This document shows, one piece after another, positions 20,230-31,951 of a stretch of DNA of 64,000 nucleotides (its first letter is position 1; every line of letters starts with the position of its first letter). The stretch covers positions 9,646 to 73,645 of the forward strand of contig CACCKE010000004.1 in NCBI GenBank assembly GCA_902546615.1, given 5' to 3'. Below the pieces are notes generated by a model. The model ran no database searches and was not told where the DNA came from. It saw only the letters and a program-made list of their open reading frames with translations. The stretch is from an uncultured Pelagibacteraceae bacterium. Its GTDB lineage: Bacteria > Pseudomonadota > Alphaproteobacteria > Pelagibacterales > AG-422-B15. The position numbers were made by a program, and so were the translations under genes.

Positions 20230-22821
20230 CTAGGCAACAGCTCCAATCTCTTCAGCTTTTTTAAGATCTACGGAGACAATTTGACTGACGCCTCGTTCGG
20301 CCATAGTTACTCCAAACAATCTATCCATTCTCGACATGGTGAGCGCGTGGTGAGTTATAATTAAGAACTTGGTATTTGTTTTCTCTGTAATGTCATCTAA
20401 AAGACCACAAAATCTATCGACGTTTGCATCATCCAGCGGCGCATCTACCTCATCAAGTACACAAATTGGCGAAGGGTTTGTTAAAAATACTGCAAAGATT
20501 AGAGATAATGCTGTTAGCGCCTGTTCCCCACCAGATAACAATGACATTGACTGAAGTTTTTTACCAGGTGGACTTACCATCATTTCAAGCCCTGCTTCAA
20601 GTGGATCATCAGAGTCTATTAGTTCAAGGTGCGCTTTTCCACCGTTAAATAATTTTACAAAAACTTCTTTGAAATGTGTGTTTACAGTTTTAAACGCTCC
20701 AAGCAGTCTTGTTCTACCTTCTTTATTTAAATCTTCTATCGACTCCCTCATTTTTTTGATTGCGTTTTCTAAATCTTCTTTTTCAGTGTTCATTTTTTCA
20801 AGCTCTTCATCTATTTCTTTTGTTTCCAAATCTGCCCTTAGATTCACAGCACCCATTGTTTCACGCTGCTGCTTAAGTCGATCAAGTCTCATCTCAGTTC
20901 TTTCGAGGTTAGTTCTCATAGTTTCAAGATCATCTGATATAGAGAGAGAATTTACAATTTCACTTGGAATACAGTTAAATTTCTCTTTTGACTCGTATTC
21001 TAATTCTTTTAATCTTGATTCAGCTAATTCTTTTGTCGCTTCTGTTCTTCCTTTAGACTCTCTTATGTTAGCGAGATCATTTTGGGCTTTTCTTAAATTA
21101 GTCTCAATTTTTTTTAATTCATTATCAGCTTCAGCTAAACGATCAGCTGCAAACTGTCTTTCTGTCTCTGCAAAGCCTTTTGTTTCAATTAATTGACCTC
21201 TTCTCTGGGCAATTTCTTCTGGACGATTAGAGATTTTCTCTAGCTCTTGCTCAGTTTTTATTTTTCTTTTTTGCAATGTTTCGATTTGTTCTTGAGATGA
21301 CTTAATTGTTTTATTCAATCTCTGAAATTCATATGTCCAATCACTTTGTTTTTGTTCAACGTCTTTTTGTCTGAGTTTTTCTCTTAATTCCATTGATAAT
21401 GTTGCTGCATTTTTTGCCTCATTACTTGCTCTGTCATAATTTGTCTTAGCTTCGTTTGAAATATTGCTTGCTTGATCCACTTTCTCACTGATTTCACCAA
21501 GATCATTGTAAAATTTTTCTTTAAATATATTTGTCCATTTCTCAGGATCATCATAACCTTCCACGTCTTTTAAAGTTGATTGCCTTGATTTCAAATTTTC
21601 TGCTTTAATCAAAGTGTCTTGCCAATCATCTCTTTTAGAATTTTTAATCTGATTATATTGTTCTATTTGTTGCTCAAGATTTGAGATCTCTGTTTCCAAA
21701 GTATCCTTTTCTGACTTAAGTTGATCAATTGTTTCATTGTTTATTTCTTGAAACTCTTCGTTATTAGAGAGATCTTTTCTTGCATTTAATAAATTAAGAT
21801 CTTTTTTAGCATCTTCCAGTTGAAACTGCTCCCTCTCACTATCGCTGATTATTTGTTGAATCACGTTTTCAAGATTTCTTTTTTCTTCTTTTATTCGTTC
21901 TTCCTCATGATCCAATGACTCTCTCTCGAGATTAATACGATTTAATTTTGCCGCAGACTCAATCTCTTTATCTCTTAAAGGCTTAATTTTCTCATTGGCT
22001 TTTAATTGTTCATTAGTAGCCTGAGTTACCTGCAACGTAAATTTTTGGATTTGAGACTCACTTGATCTTAAATTCTCATCTGACTTTTCATAAGATTCTT
22101 TTAAAGATGTCCACTTTAGGAATAAAACGATACCCTCTAATTTGTTAATTTCAGACGATACTGAGCGGTAGGTTTCAGCTTGTTCAGCTTGTTTTTTAAG
22201 ACTATTGATCTGATTATTTAATTGTTTCATCAAATCCTTAACCCTTTGAAGATTAGTTTCTGCGCCTTTCAATTTTAGCTCTGCTTCATGTCTACGCGAA
22301 TGTAACCCAGATATTCCTGCCGCTTCTTCTAATACCGAGCGTCTATCTATAGGTTTAGCATTTATTAATGAACCTACGCGTCCTTGGCTGATCAAGGATG
22401 GAGAATGAGCTCCTGTAGATAAATCTGCAAATAATCTTTGTACATCTCTGGCTCTAACGTCTTTACCATTAATTTTATAATCTGATCCCTTTTCAACTTC
22501 TATTTTTCTTTTAACTTGAATTTCAGTTTGATCATTAAATTCAGACGGCGCGTTTCTTTCCTCATTATCAAGATAGATTGTTACTTCAGCATTATTTCTT
22601 GCAGGTCTATCTGATGTACCGGAAAAAATTACATCCTCCATACCTGAACCCCTCATACTTTTTGCAGAGGTTTCTCCCATGCACCATCTTAGGGACTCAA
22701 CAACATTTGATTTACCACATCCATTAGGACCAACTATACCTGTTAAACCCTCATCGATGTCTAATTCAGTAGGATCAACAAATGATTTAAAACCTAGAAT
22801 TTTTATTTTTTTAAATTTCAT
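20230..22821 (-). CDS. smc: Chromosome segregation ATPase SMC (short form, no recognisable hinge)
   Basis: GFKSF, Walker A GPNGCGKSN, LSGGE signature, Walker B/D-loop LDEVDAPLD; long coiled coil. Confidence 0.93.
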   Translation of the reverse strand: MKFKKIKILGFKSFVDPTELDIDEGLTGIVGPNGCGKSNVVESLRWCMGETSAKSMRGSGMEDVIFSGTSDRPARNNAEVTIYLDNEERNAPSEFNDQTEIQVKRKIEVEKGSDYKINGKDVRARDVQRLFADLSTGAHSPSLISQGRVGSLINAKPIDRRSVLEEAAGISGLHSRRHEAELKLKGAETNLQRVKDLMKQLNNQINSLKKQAEQAETYRSVSSEINKLEGIVLFLKWTSLKESYEKSDENLRSSESQIQKFTLQVTQATNEQLKANEKIKPLRDKEIESAAKLNRINLERESLDHEEERIKEEKRNLENVIQQIISDSEREQFQLEDAKKDLNLLNARKDLSNNEEFQEINNETIDQLKSEKDTLETEISNLEQQIEQYNQIKNSKRDDWQDTLIKAENLKSRQSTLKDVEGYDDPEKWTNIFKEKFYNDLGEISEKVDQASNISNEAKTNYDRASNEAKNAATLSMELREKLRQKDVEQKQSDWTYEFQRLNKTIKSSQEQIETLQKRKIKTEQELEKISNRPEEIAQRRGQLIETKGFAETERQFAADRLAEADNELKKIETNLRKAQNDLANIRESKGRTEATKELAESRLKELEYESKEKFNCIPSEIVNSLSISDDLETMRTNLERTEMRLDRLKQQRETMGAVNLRADLETKEIDEELEKMNTEKEDLENAIKKMRESIEDLNKEGRTRLLGAFKTVNTHFKEVFVKLFNGGKAHLELIDSDDPLEAGLEMMVSPPGKKLQSMSLLSGGEQALTALSLIFAVFLTNPSPICVLDEVDAPLDDANVDRFCGLLDDITEKTNTKFLIITHHALTMSRMDRLFGVTMAERGVSQIVSVDLKKAEEIGAVA

Positions 22822-23450
22822 TAATTAATTTCTTTTTCAATTATTTCATCAAATTCACTAATCGACATATTACCTGCATAAATTTCACCATTGATTATGA
22901 AAGTTGGAGTTGAAGATATATCATACTCCTCAACACCCTCTATGCGCTGTTCCAGTATAAAATCGGTAATATTCTCATTTTCCATACAGCTATTAAACGC
23001 CTCCTCAGATACGCCGAATAGGGCTCCGTAATTCTTAAGTGCATTAGTGCTGTTTTCCAGTACTTTATCGCTCTGATTAGTTACAATCCATTTTTTTTGA
23101 TCTTTAAACAAAATTTTGTCCATTGCAAAAAAATCATTTTCATCAACACAATGAAGTAATTTAAAAGCGTTAAGATCAATCGCATTGAGAGCGAAAGGTC
23201 TCAATTCAAAATTAACTTTGCCTTTATCGATATAATTTTCTTTAATTTCTGCAAAGATGTCGTTACTAAAGTCTGCGCAATGACTGCAAGTGAGCGATCT
23301 ATATTCAATAATTTTCACTGGTGCGTCGCTATCACCTAACTGCATTCCCTTTAATGTACTGCTGGCAAACAATCCATTAATTGGAAACATCAACGTAAAT
23401 AGAAATACAATAAAACTAGTACTGAATAAAAAATTAGACTTAAAACCCAT
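22821..23450 (-). CDS. DsbA/thioredoxin-4 family protein
   Basis: GDSDAPVKIIEY.SLTCSHC, STPTFIING; start probably ATG 23450 (ORF track gives 23498). Confidence 0.88.
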   Translation of the reverse strand: MGFKSNFLFSTSFIVFLFTLMFPINGLFASSTLKGMQLGDSDAPVKIIEYRSLTCSHCADFSNDIFAEIKENYIDKGKVNFELRPFALNAIDLNAFKLLHCVDENDFFAMDKILFKDQKKWIVTNQSDKVLENSTNALKNYGALFGVSEEAFNSCMENENITDFILEQRIEGVEEYDISSTPTFIINGEIYAGNMSISEFDEIIEKEIN

Positions 23451-23558
23451 ATTTTGCTTATTTTTTTTATATATATACAACATGTTGAATATACTCAATT
23501 TTTCCTTATTTTAATAGGATTTATTACTCTGTTGGAGTAGCAGAAAATTTTGTTTGAA

Positions 23559-24026
23559 TTAGGACTTTAAAATTTTTGAAGCGATTTTTTCAAAGTTTCT
23601 TCTAAGATCAGGATATTTTTTTAGTTCATCATAATTCTTACTTTGGCTCTTAATATCACTTTCTAATTTATTGATTTTAATTGTTTTTTTAACCTTATTT
23701 GATGCTTGTATTATTTCAACTTTGTTGATCACTTCATAGCCAAAAAAAAGATTAATTTTTTTAATTATTTTCTCTCGCTCGTGCTCAAACGCAAAAGCCA
23801 CACTTCTATCAACTTTAACAATTAATTTACCATTATTTTTTTCACTGCTCTTACCTATTTTAAGCCGTAATGGAATGGTTAATTTTGCAAATTTTTTGCC
23901 CACAATTCTCTCCCAATTTGCTAAGAGTTCTAACTCTGAAAAACCTCTTGATTTAAGGATTTTCTTTGCTTCTTCTGGAAGAAGATTTGATAATATTTGA
24001 GGGCCTTTTAATTTCTTTTGAAACAT
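23559..24026 (-). CDS. dciA: DUF721 / DciA family protein
   Basis: WERIVG, KINLFFGY; conserved position between dsbA and mutY. Confidence 0.75.
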   Translation of the reverse strand: MFQKKLKGPQILSNLLPEEAKKILKSRGFSELELLANWERIVGKKFAKLTIPLRLKIGKSSEKNNGKLIVKVDRSVAFAFEHEREKIIKKINLFFGYEVINKVEIIQASNKVKKTIKINKLESDIKSQSKNYDELKKYPDLRRNFEKIASKILKS

Positions 24027-24047
24027 AAAAAATAAAGTAACACGAAA

Positions 24048-26243
<2,196 letters not shown>

Positions 26244-26262
26244 AATGACTTAATTTATTTTC

Positions 26263-26877
26263 TTAATTCAATATATTGTAGATCGGTTTGAAACTTTTTC
26301 GATGGATAGGGGTAATTCCATGAGACTTCAGAGCCAAAAGGTGCTCTTTTGTTCCGTACCCTGCATTTTTTTCAAATGAATATTCAGGATATTTGTCAGC
26401 AAGATTGGTCATAATCTTATCTCTGTAAACTTTGGCTAGAATTGAAGCTGCAGCAATTGAAATTGATTTACTGTCACCTTTAACAATTGGTTTACATTTT
26501 AAATCAACTTTAGGCGTATATATTCCATCAATAAGAGACATTGATGGTACTATTTTTAGAGACTCAATAGCTCTTTTCATTGCAAGTAACGAAGCTTGTA
26601 AAATATTTAAATTATCGATTTCTTCTACTGACGCCTCTCCATATGCATAATGACTGTTTAATCTAATTTTTTCTGCAATTATTTCTCTTTTATTTTTTGA
26701 TATTTTTTTTGAATCTCTAATACCTGCAGGAAGGTTGTTTTTATCCAAAATTACTGCTGCTGCCACTACTGGTCCCGCTAAAGGACCGCGTCCTACCTCA
26801 TCAACACCAGCAACTGGACAATTAAAATTTTTTTCAAAATCCAACAAATTGATTTGATCGTTAAAATTATGATTCAA
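26263..26877 (-). CDS. rnhB: Ribonuclease HII
   Basis: GVDEVGRGPLAGPV, DSKK, SIAAASILAKV, HRKSF. Confidence 0.96.
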   Translation of the reverse strand: MNHNFNDQINLLDFEKNFNCPVAGVDEVGRGPLAGPVVAAAVILDKNNLPAGIRDSKKISKNKREIIAEKIRLNSHYAYGEASVEEIDNLNILQASLLAMKRAIESLKIVPSMSLIDGIYTPKVDLKCKPIVKGDSKSISIAAASILAKVYRDKIMTNLADKYPEYSFEKNAGYGTKEHLLALKSHGITPIHRKSFKPIYNILN

Positions 26878-27622
26878 CTTTTTTCTTAAGACTTTTTAAG
26901 TCCTCCCACGAATATTTTTTTTGTCCAGGTTGCCTTAATAAAAAAGCAGGGTGGAAAGTGGGTAGGGTGGGATATTTTTTTTTATTAATTTCAATATCTA
27001 CCCATTTACCCCTAATCTTTGTTATACCTTTAGTATTTCTAATAAGTGCATAAGTCGCTGTTGATCCTAATAGCAATATTGCTTTAGGATTAATCAACTC
27101 TATGTGTTTCTTAATCATTGGTAGACACATATCTATTTCTTCATCAGTGGGCCGTCTGTTATTAGGAGGTCTCCAAGGTACAATATTTGCAATATATACC
27201 TTTTCTCGATTAAGGTTTATCGCCTCAAGCATTTTATCTAAGAGTTTGCCGCTTCTACCAACAAAGGGTTTTCCTTGAATATCCTCATCATGGCCAGGAG
27301 CTTCACCAATAAGCATAATTTCTGATTTTGGGTTTCCATCAGAAAACACCATATTTGTTGCACTTTCGTGAAGCTTACATTTGTCATAATTTGCCATGAA
27401 GTCTTTTAATGAATCTAATGATTCTAGAGAGTTGATAGTTTTTTGATCCTCAATCAATGAGTTATTAACAGATATAGAGCTGTCACTAGTTTTTGATTTC
27501 GATGATTTTTTATTTCCGTAGCGATTTTTTGGCTTATTTCCAATGTTTTCATTCACCCCACTCATCTTTAATTGGTTGAGCTGCTTCAGTGTGTTTTGAA
27601 CTTTTGCGTTGGTCATAAACAA
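26867..27622 (-). CDS. Uracil-DNA glycosylase family 4
   Basis: IGEAPG, PFVGRSG, TFHPAFLLR. Confidence 0.92.
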   Translation of the reverse strand: MFMTNAKVQNTLKQLNQLKMSGVNENIGNKPKNRYGNKKSSKSKTSDSSISVNNSLIEDQKTINSLESLDSLKDFMANYDKCKLHESATNMVFSDGNPKSEIMLIGEAPGHDEDIQGKPFVGRSGKLLDKMLEAINLNREKVYIANIVPWRPPNNRRPTDEEIDMCLPMIKKHIELINPKAILLLGSTATYALIRNTKGITKIRGKWVDIEINKKKYPTLPTFHPAFLLRQPGQKKYSWEDLKSLKKKVES

Positions 27623-27662
27623 ATTGAATTATAATACCTATAAACTAAATATATAGTTAATA

Positions 27663-29309
27663 ATGGATACTATTCAGCAAAGAGAATCAATGGAGTACGA
27701 TGTTGTAATCGTGGGTGCAGGTCCTTCAGGCCTTTCAACCGCGATAAAACTCAAGCAAATAAACCCAGAAATTAATGTCTGCATTGTAGAGAAAGCATCT
27801 GAGGTTGGCGCTCATATATTAAGTGGAAATGTATTTGAAACAAGAGCTCTTGATGAGCTACTTCCAGATTGGAAAACTCTAGACGGCTGTCCTCTGAAAA
27901 CAAAAGTTACAAAAGAAAAGTTTTTATTTCTTTTTGAAAAGTCTCACTTTACTGTTCCCTCGTTTTTATTACCACCTGTTCAACATAATAAAGGAAACTA
28001 CATTGCTAGCCTTGCGAATATGTGTAGATGGCTTGGACAAATCGCTGAAAACTTAGGAGTTGAAATATATCCTGGTTTTGCAGCTTCTGAAATTTTGTAC
28101 GATGAAGACGGAAAAGTAAGAGGCGTGGCCACAAATGACATGGGACTGGACGTAAATAATGAAAAAAAAGATTCCTATGAGCCTGGTATTGAGCTACACG
28201 CAAAAACAACAGTATTTGCTGAAGGGTGTAGAGGCCATTTAGGTAAGCAATTAATAGAGAAGTTTGAACTCGCAAAAAATTCAGACCCACAACAGTACGG
28301 AATTGGTTTGAAAGAAATATGGGAGGTGCCTGAAGAAAATCATGATGAAGGCTTAGTCTTTCATTCAACCGGTTGGCCCTTAGACAATAAAACCTATGGA
28401 GGGAGTTTTGTTTACCATGCAGAAAATAATCAAATATTTTTGGGATATGTAGTTGGACTTGATTATAAGAACCCGTATTTGTCACCTTTTGAAGAGTTTC
28501 AAAGGTTTAAAACACATCCTGCAATAAAAAAAATGTTAAGTGGCGGAAAAAGAGTTTCCTATGGTGCCAGAGCATTGATTGAGGGTGGCATACAAAGTCT
28601 GCCTCAGATGCACATGCCTGGCGCGTTATTAATTGGCTGTGATGCCGGTACGTTAAATATGCCAAAAATAAAAGGAACTCATACTGCCATGAAAAGTGGA
28701 ATGATTGCTGCTGAAGCTATTAATGAATTCCTTTCGGGTAAGTCCAATGATCTATCTTGTTACGAGGCTTTATTTAAAAAAAGTTGGGTTTATAGCGAAT
28801 TAAAATCTGCTAGGAATGTTAAACCTTTCTTTACAAGGTTTGGAAATATCCTTGGTATTTTACTTACAGGAATCGATCAGTGGTTATTTATGGGAAAGCT
28901 TCCTTTTACTCTATCGCATAAACATGCTGATCATGAAACGTTAGAAGATGCAAAAGAAGCAAAAAAAATAAATTATCCAAAACCAGATGGTGTTTTAACT
29001 TTTGATAGGGCTAGTTCGGTATTTCTTACTGGAACTTATCATACTGAAAATCAACCTGTTCACCTTCAATTGAAGGATAAAGATTTACCAATTAGTTACA
29101 CGTTGGAAAAGTTTGATGAGCCTTCTCAAAGGTACTGTCCAGTAGGTGTTTATGAAGTTCATAGAAATGATGATGGTTCAGATCCAAAATTTGTAATTAA
29201 TAGTCAGAACTGCATACACTGCAAAACATGCGATATTAAAGAACCGTCTCAAAACATAAATTGGGTAACACCAGAGGGTGGCGGTGGCCCAAAATATGCG
29301 AACATGTAA
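27663..29309 (+). CDS. Electron transfer flavoprotein-ubiquinone oxidoreductase
   Basis: GAGPSG, GAHILSG, AEGCRG, YCPVGVYE, NCIHCKTCDIK. Confidence 0.96.
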   Translation: MDTIQQRESMEYDVVIVGAGPSGLSTAIKLKQINPEINVCIVEKASEVGAHILSGNVFETRALDELLPDWKTLDGCPLKTKVTKEKFLFLFEKSHFTVPSFLLPPVQHNKGNYIASLANMCRWLGQIAENLGVEIYPGFAASEILYDEDGKVRGVATNDMGLDVNNEKKDSYEPGIELHAKTTVFAEGCRGHLGKQLIEKFELAKNSDPQQYGIGLKEIWEVPEENHDEGLVFHSTGWPLDNKTYGGSFVYHAENNQIFLGYVVGLDYKNPYLSPFEEFQRFKTHPAIKKMLSGGKRVSYGARALIEGGIQSLPQMHMPGALLIGCDAGTLNMPKIKGTHTAMKSGMIAAEAINEFLSGKSNDLSCYEALFKKSWVYSELKSARNVKPFFTRFGNILGILLTGIDQWLFMGKLPFTLSHKHADHETLEDAKEAKKINYPKPDGVLTFDRASSVFLTGTYHTENQPVHLQLKDKDLPISYTLEKFDEPSQRYCPVGVYEVHRNDDGSDPKFVINSQNCIHCKTCDIKEPSQNINWVTPEGGGGPKYANM

Positions 29310-29320
29310 AGCATAAGTCT

Positions 29321-30979
29321 ATGCTTATAAGAACAATTATATTTTTACTAATATTTAACATCTCAAGCATTAATCTTCATGCAGCACAATTTATTCCGCC
29401 TCAGGTGGGCGATTACTTGGTTGCAAAAATTTCTAGTGACTCAAATGACTACAGCACAACTAAGAGATATTATCAAAGGCTGCACAGATCGAATCCAAAC
29501 GATTTACTTGCTTTAGATAGACTGTTGTTGCTTAGTATCTTGGACGGAGATTTGCTTAGTGCAAATAACTACTCTTTCAAACTTGCAAAAGCAGGCTGTG
29601 ATAAAAATGTGAATTCATGTTGTATGAATAATCAATCACCACAAGGTCATCTTGTTAATGGGATTTCTTACTTAAACTCTTATAAGCCCGGTTTTGCTGA
29701 TCAAAGTTTTGCAAGTATTTGGAGAGGGAATTTATCTGATAGCACGTTTGTAAGACTGCTCAGAGCTTGGGTATGGGCCGATAGTAATACGATAGACAAA
29801 AGTATGGCCTTAATCGATTTAATTTCCACAGGCGAACATCAACACCTAACACTTGTGCATAAAGCTCTAATTTATGACTATGCTGATGAGATTGAATTGG
29901 CGGAGGTTTTTTATGATCAATCTTTATCAGTACAAAGAGATTTATACGTTTTACGTCTATATTATAATTTTCTGCATCGAAATAATTTGACTGAGAAGAA
30001 AAATGCTTTTGCAGACGAGTTTTTGTCTTCGTACGACGAAGAGTTTAAAAATAAATTTTTAACTTCAAATAAAAATAGGATTATTCAAAACCCTCTTCAA
30101 GGAATAGGAGTGGTTTTATTTAATTCACAACTTTTGATTGAAGATTTAAATGAAGAACTTGCACATATGTTATATCAACTAGCAATTGATACCTCTCCTA
30201 ATTTACATGAGATAAAGTATATATTTGCTTCTTTTCTTAACCAGTTGGAGAATCATGATAAGGCAAGAGAGGTGCTTAGTTATATTCCAAAGAAGCATTA
30301 TCTAGGAAATTTTGCTGCAATTCAAATTTCAGATGCATATAGCTACGAGGGCAATAACTATAAAGCAATTCAAAATTTAAATACGTTTGTGGAGGTTGAT
30401 GATAGCTTTGAAGCTTACCTTTCACTTGGAAATTATCACCGCTATGAGAAGAATTGGTCTGATGCAATTGATAATTATGATCATGCATTAAAGCTTGGTA
30501 AAAAATTTGATAAAGAAAACATTTGGGAAGTTTACTTTAATATTGGAATTGTTCATGAACGTTCTAAAAATTGGAAGTTAGCTGAAAAGAATTTAAAAAG
30601 ATCATTGAAACTATCTGAAGATCAAGCAGATGTTCTCAATTATTTAGGATATTCTTATATCGATATGGATCAAAATATATCCGAGGCTAAAGTTATGATA
30701 GAACAAGCAATGAAACTGAAACCAAACGATCCATACATAGTTGATAGCCTTGCATGGTATTATTTTAAAGTTGGTAAGTATAATGAAGCCCGGTCTTTGT
30801 TGGAGTTTTCTTTAGATATGATGCCATACGATCCAACTGTAAATGATCATTATGGTGATGTGCTTTGGAAGCTAGGAAATGAACTTGAAGCACGTTTTTA
30901 TTGGCAGAAAGCCATAGATTTAGATCAGGAAAATATATTTGAGGATAAAGTTAAAATCAAACTACTTAAAGGAATCTAA
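29321..30979 (+). CDS. Exported tetratricopeptide-repeat protein
   Basis: Signal-like MLIRTIIFLLIF from ATG 29321 (ORF track start overlaps ETF-QO); VLNYLGYS, YIVDSLAW, DHYGDVLW TPR motifs; ETF-QO-TPR-ispE synteny. Confidence 0.85.
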   Translation: MLIRTIIFLLIFNISSINLHAAQFIPPQVGDYLVAKISSDSNDYSTTKRYYQRLHRSNPNDLLALDRLLLLSILDGDLLSANNYSFKLAKAGCDKNVNSCCMNNQSPQGHLVNGISYLNSYKPGFADQSFASIWRGNLSDSTFVRLLRAWVWADSNTIDKSMALIDLISTGEHQHLTLVHKALIYDYADEIELAEVFYDQSLSVQRDLYVLRLYYNFLHRNNLTEKKNAFADEFLSSYDEEFKNKFLTSNKNRIIQNPLQGIGVVLFNSQLLIEDLNEELAHMLYQLAIDTSPNLHEIKYIFASFLNQLENHDKAREVLSYIPKKHYLGNFAAIQISDAYSYEGNNYKAIQNLNTFVEVDDSFEAYLSLGNYHRYEKNWSDAIDNYDHALKLGKKFDKENIWEVYFNIGIVHERSKNWKLAEKNLKRSLKLSEDQADVLNYLGYSYIDMDQNISEAKVMIEQAMKLKPNDPYIVDSLAWYYFKVGKYNEARSLLEFSLDMMPYDPTVNDHYGDVLWKLGNELEARFYWQKAIDLDQENIFEDKVKIKLLKGI

Positions 30980-30984
30980 GTAAG

Positions 30985-31818
30985 TTGTTGAATACCATAA
31001 AATCCTACGCAAAAATAAATCTTTTCTTAAATGTATTAAACAAACTTGATACTGGTTTTCACGAATTAAACTCAGTGTTATCAAGGATTGATCTTTATGA
31101 TGAGATTAGAATAAAAGATGAAAGTTCATTTAGTATCTCATATAATGGCCCTTTTGGAGACCAAGTTGGATCCAATGATCATGTTTCTAAATTATTTAAT
31201 TATTTAATTGATAAGAATTATTTAAAGCAGAAATCATTTGCTATTCATGTTGTAAAAAATATACCAGTGGGATCGGGTTTAGGTGGCGGTTCATCAAATG
31301 TCGCAGAAATAATTAAATATTTAATAAGATCCAATTTGTTAGATAATTCAAGCTCAACTGAAATTGCACGAGATCTTGGGTCAGACATTGAATTTTTTAT
31401 TGATGAGGGATCTGCACTGATTTCTGGAAAAGGGAATGTTGATCAAAGGTTAAAAATCAATTCGGATAAGCATTTTCTAATTGTATTTCCAAATGTTCAA
31501 AATAGTACTAAGGAAATTTTTAATAAACACTCAAATTTAAGTGGAGAAAAATTCTCATACAATAAGGATACTAATTTAGATAGAATTTTAAAAGGTACAT
31601 CAAATGAATTGGAAAAAACGGCACTTCTTGCAAATCAAGAAATGAGAAAAATAAGAGAATATTTAGATAATGATATAAATTGTAAGTATGAACGAATGAC
31701 AGGAAGTGGCTCTGCATATTTTACTGTTTATGAAGATAAACAAAAGGCGGAGGAAGCAATACAGAGGATATCTGAAGAACACCCCAATTGGTGGACATAT
31801 TTAACGAGGTTAATATAA
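30985..31818 (+). CDS. ispE: 4-diphosphocytidyl-2-C-methyl-D-erythritol kinase
   Basis: AKINLFL, KNIPVGSGLGGGSSN, LGSD, MTGSGS. Confidence 0.92.
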   Translation: MLNTIKSYAKINLFLNVLNKLDTGFHELNSVLSRIDLYDEIRIKDESSFSISYNGPFGDQVGSNDHVSKLFNYLIDKNYLKQKSFAIHVVKNIPVGSGLGGGSSNVAEIIKYLIRSNLLDNSSSTEIARDLGSDIEFFIDEGSALISGKGNVDQRLKINSDKHFLIVFPNVQNSTKEIFNKHSNLSGEKFSYNKDTNLDRILKGTSNELEKTALLANQEMRKIREYLDNDINCKYERMTGSGSAYFTVYEDKQKAEEAIQRISEEHPNWWTYLTRLI

Positions 31819-31861
31819 AGATTGCAAAATCTTTTTCTTAAATTAAATAATTATATAGTGT

Positions 31862-31936
31862 TGGGGCGTGGCCAAGCGGTAAGGCACCGCTTTTTGGTAG
31901 CGGCATTCGGAGGTTCGAATCCTCCCGCCCCAGCCA
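31862..31936 (+). tRNA. tRNA-Gln (anticodon TTG)
   Basis: Acceptor TGGGGCG/CGCCCCA, D-arm GCCAAGCGGTAAGGC, anticodon stem CCGCT/AGCGG with loop TTTTGGT, T-loop GGTTCGAATCC, encoded CCA. Confidence 0.97.
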
Positions 31937-31951
31937 ATTAGGATCATAAAT

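Noticed and set aside
20669-21196. 175-aa plus-strand ORF antisense to smc
   Set aside because: Ser/Leu/Phe-rich mirror of Glu/Lys coiled-coil codons; shadow ORF
26250-26266. Possible CtrA box upstream of ccrM (and TTAA pair at 60031-60044)
   Set aside because: Spacers are 9 and 6 nt rather than 7, and TTAA is ubiquitous in this AT-rich DNA
28006-28485. 159-aa ORF antisense to ETF-QO (likewise 45661-46098, 58252-58701 and other nested short ORFs)
   Set aside because: Nested in conserved genes, atypical composition, no recognisable domains
29261-29320. N-terminal extension of the TPR ORF
   Set aside because: Overlaps the ETF-QO 3' end; ATG 29321 gives a clean signal peptide
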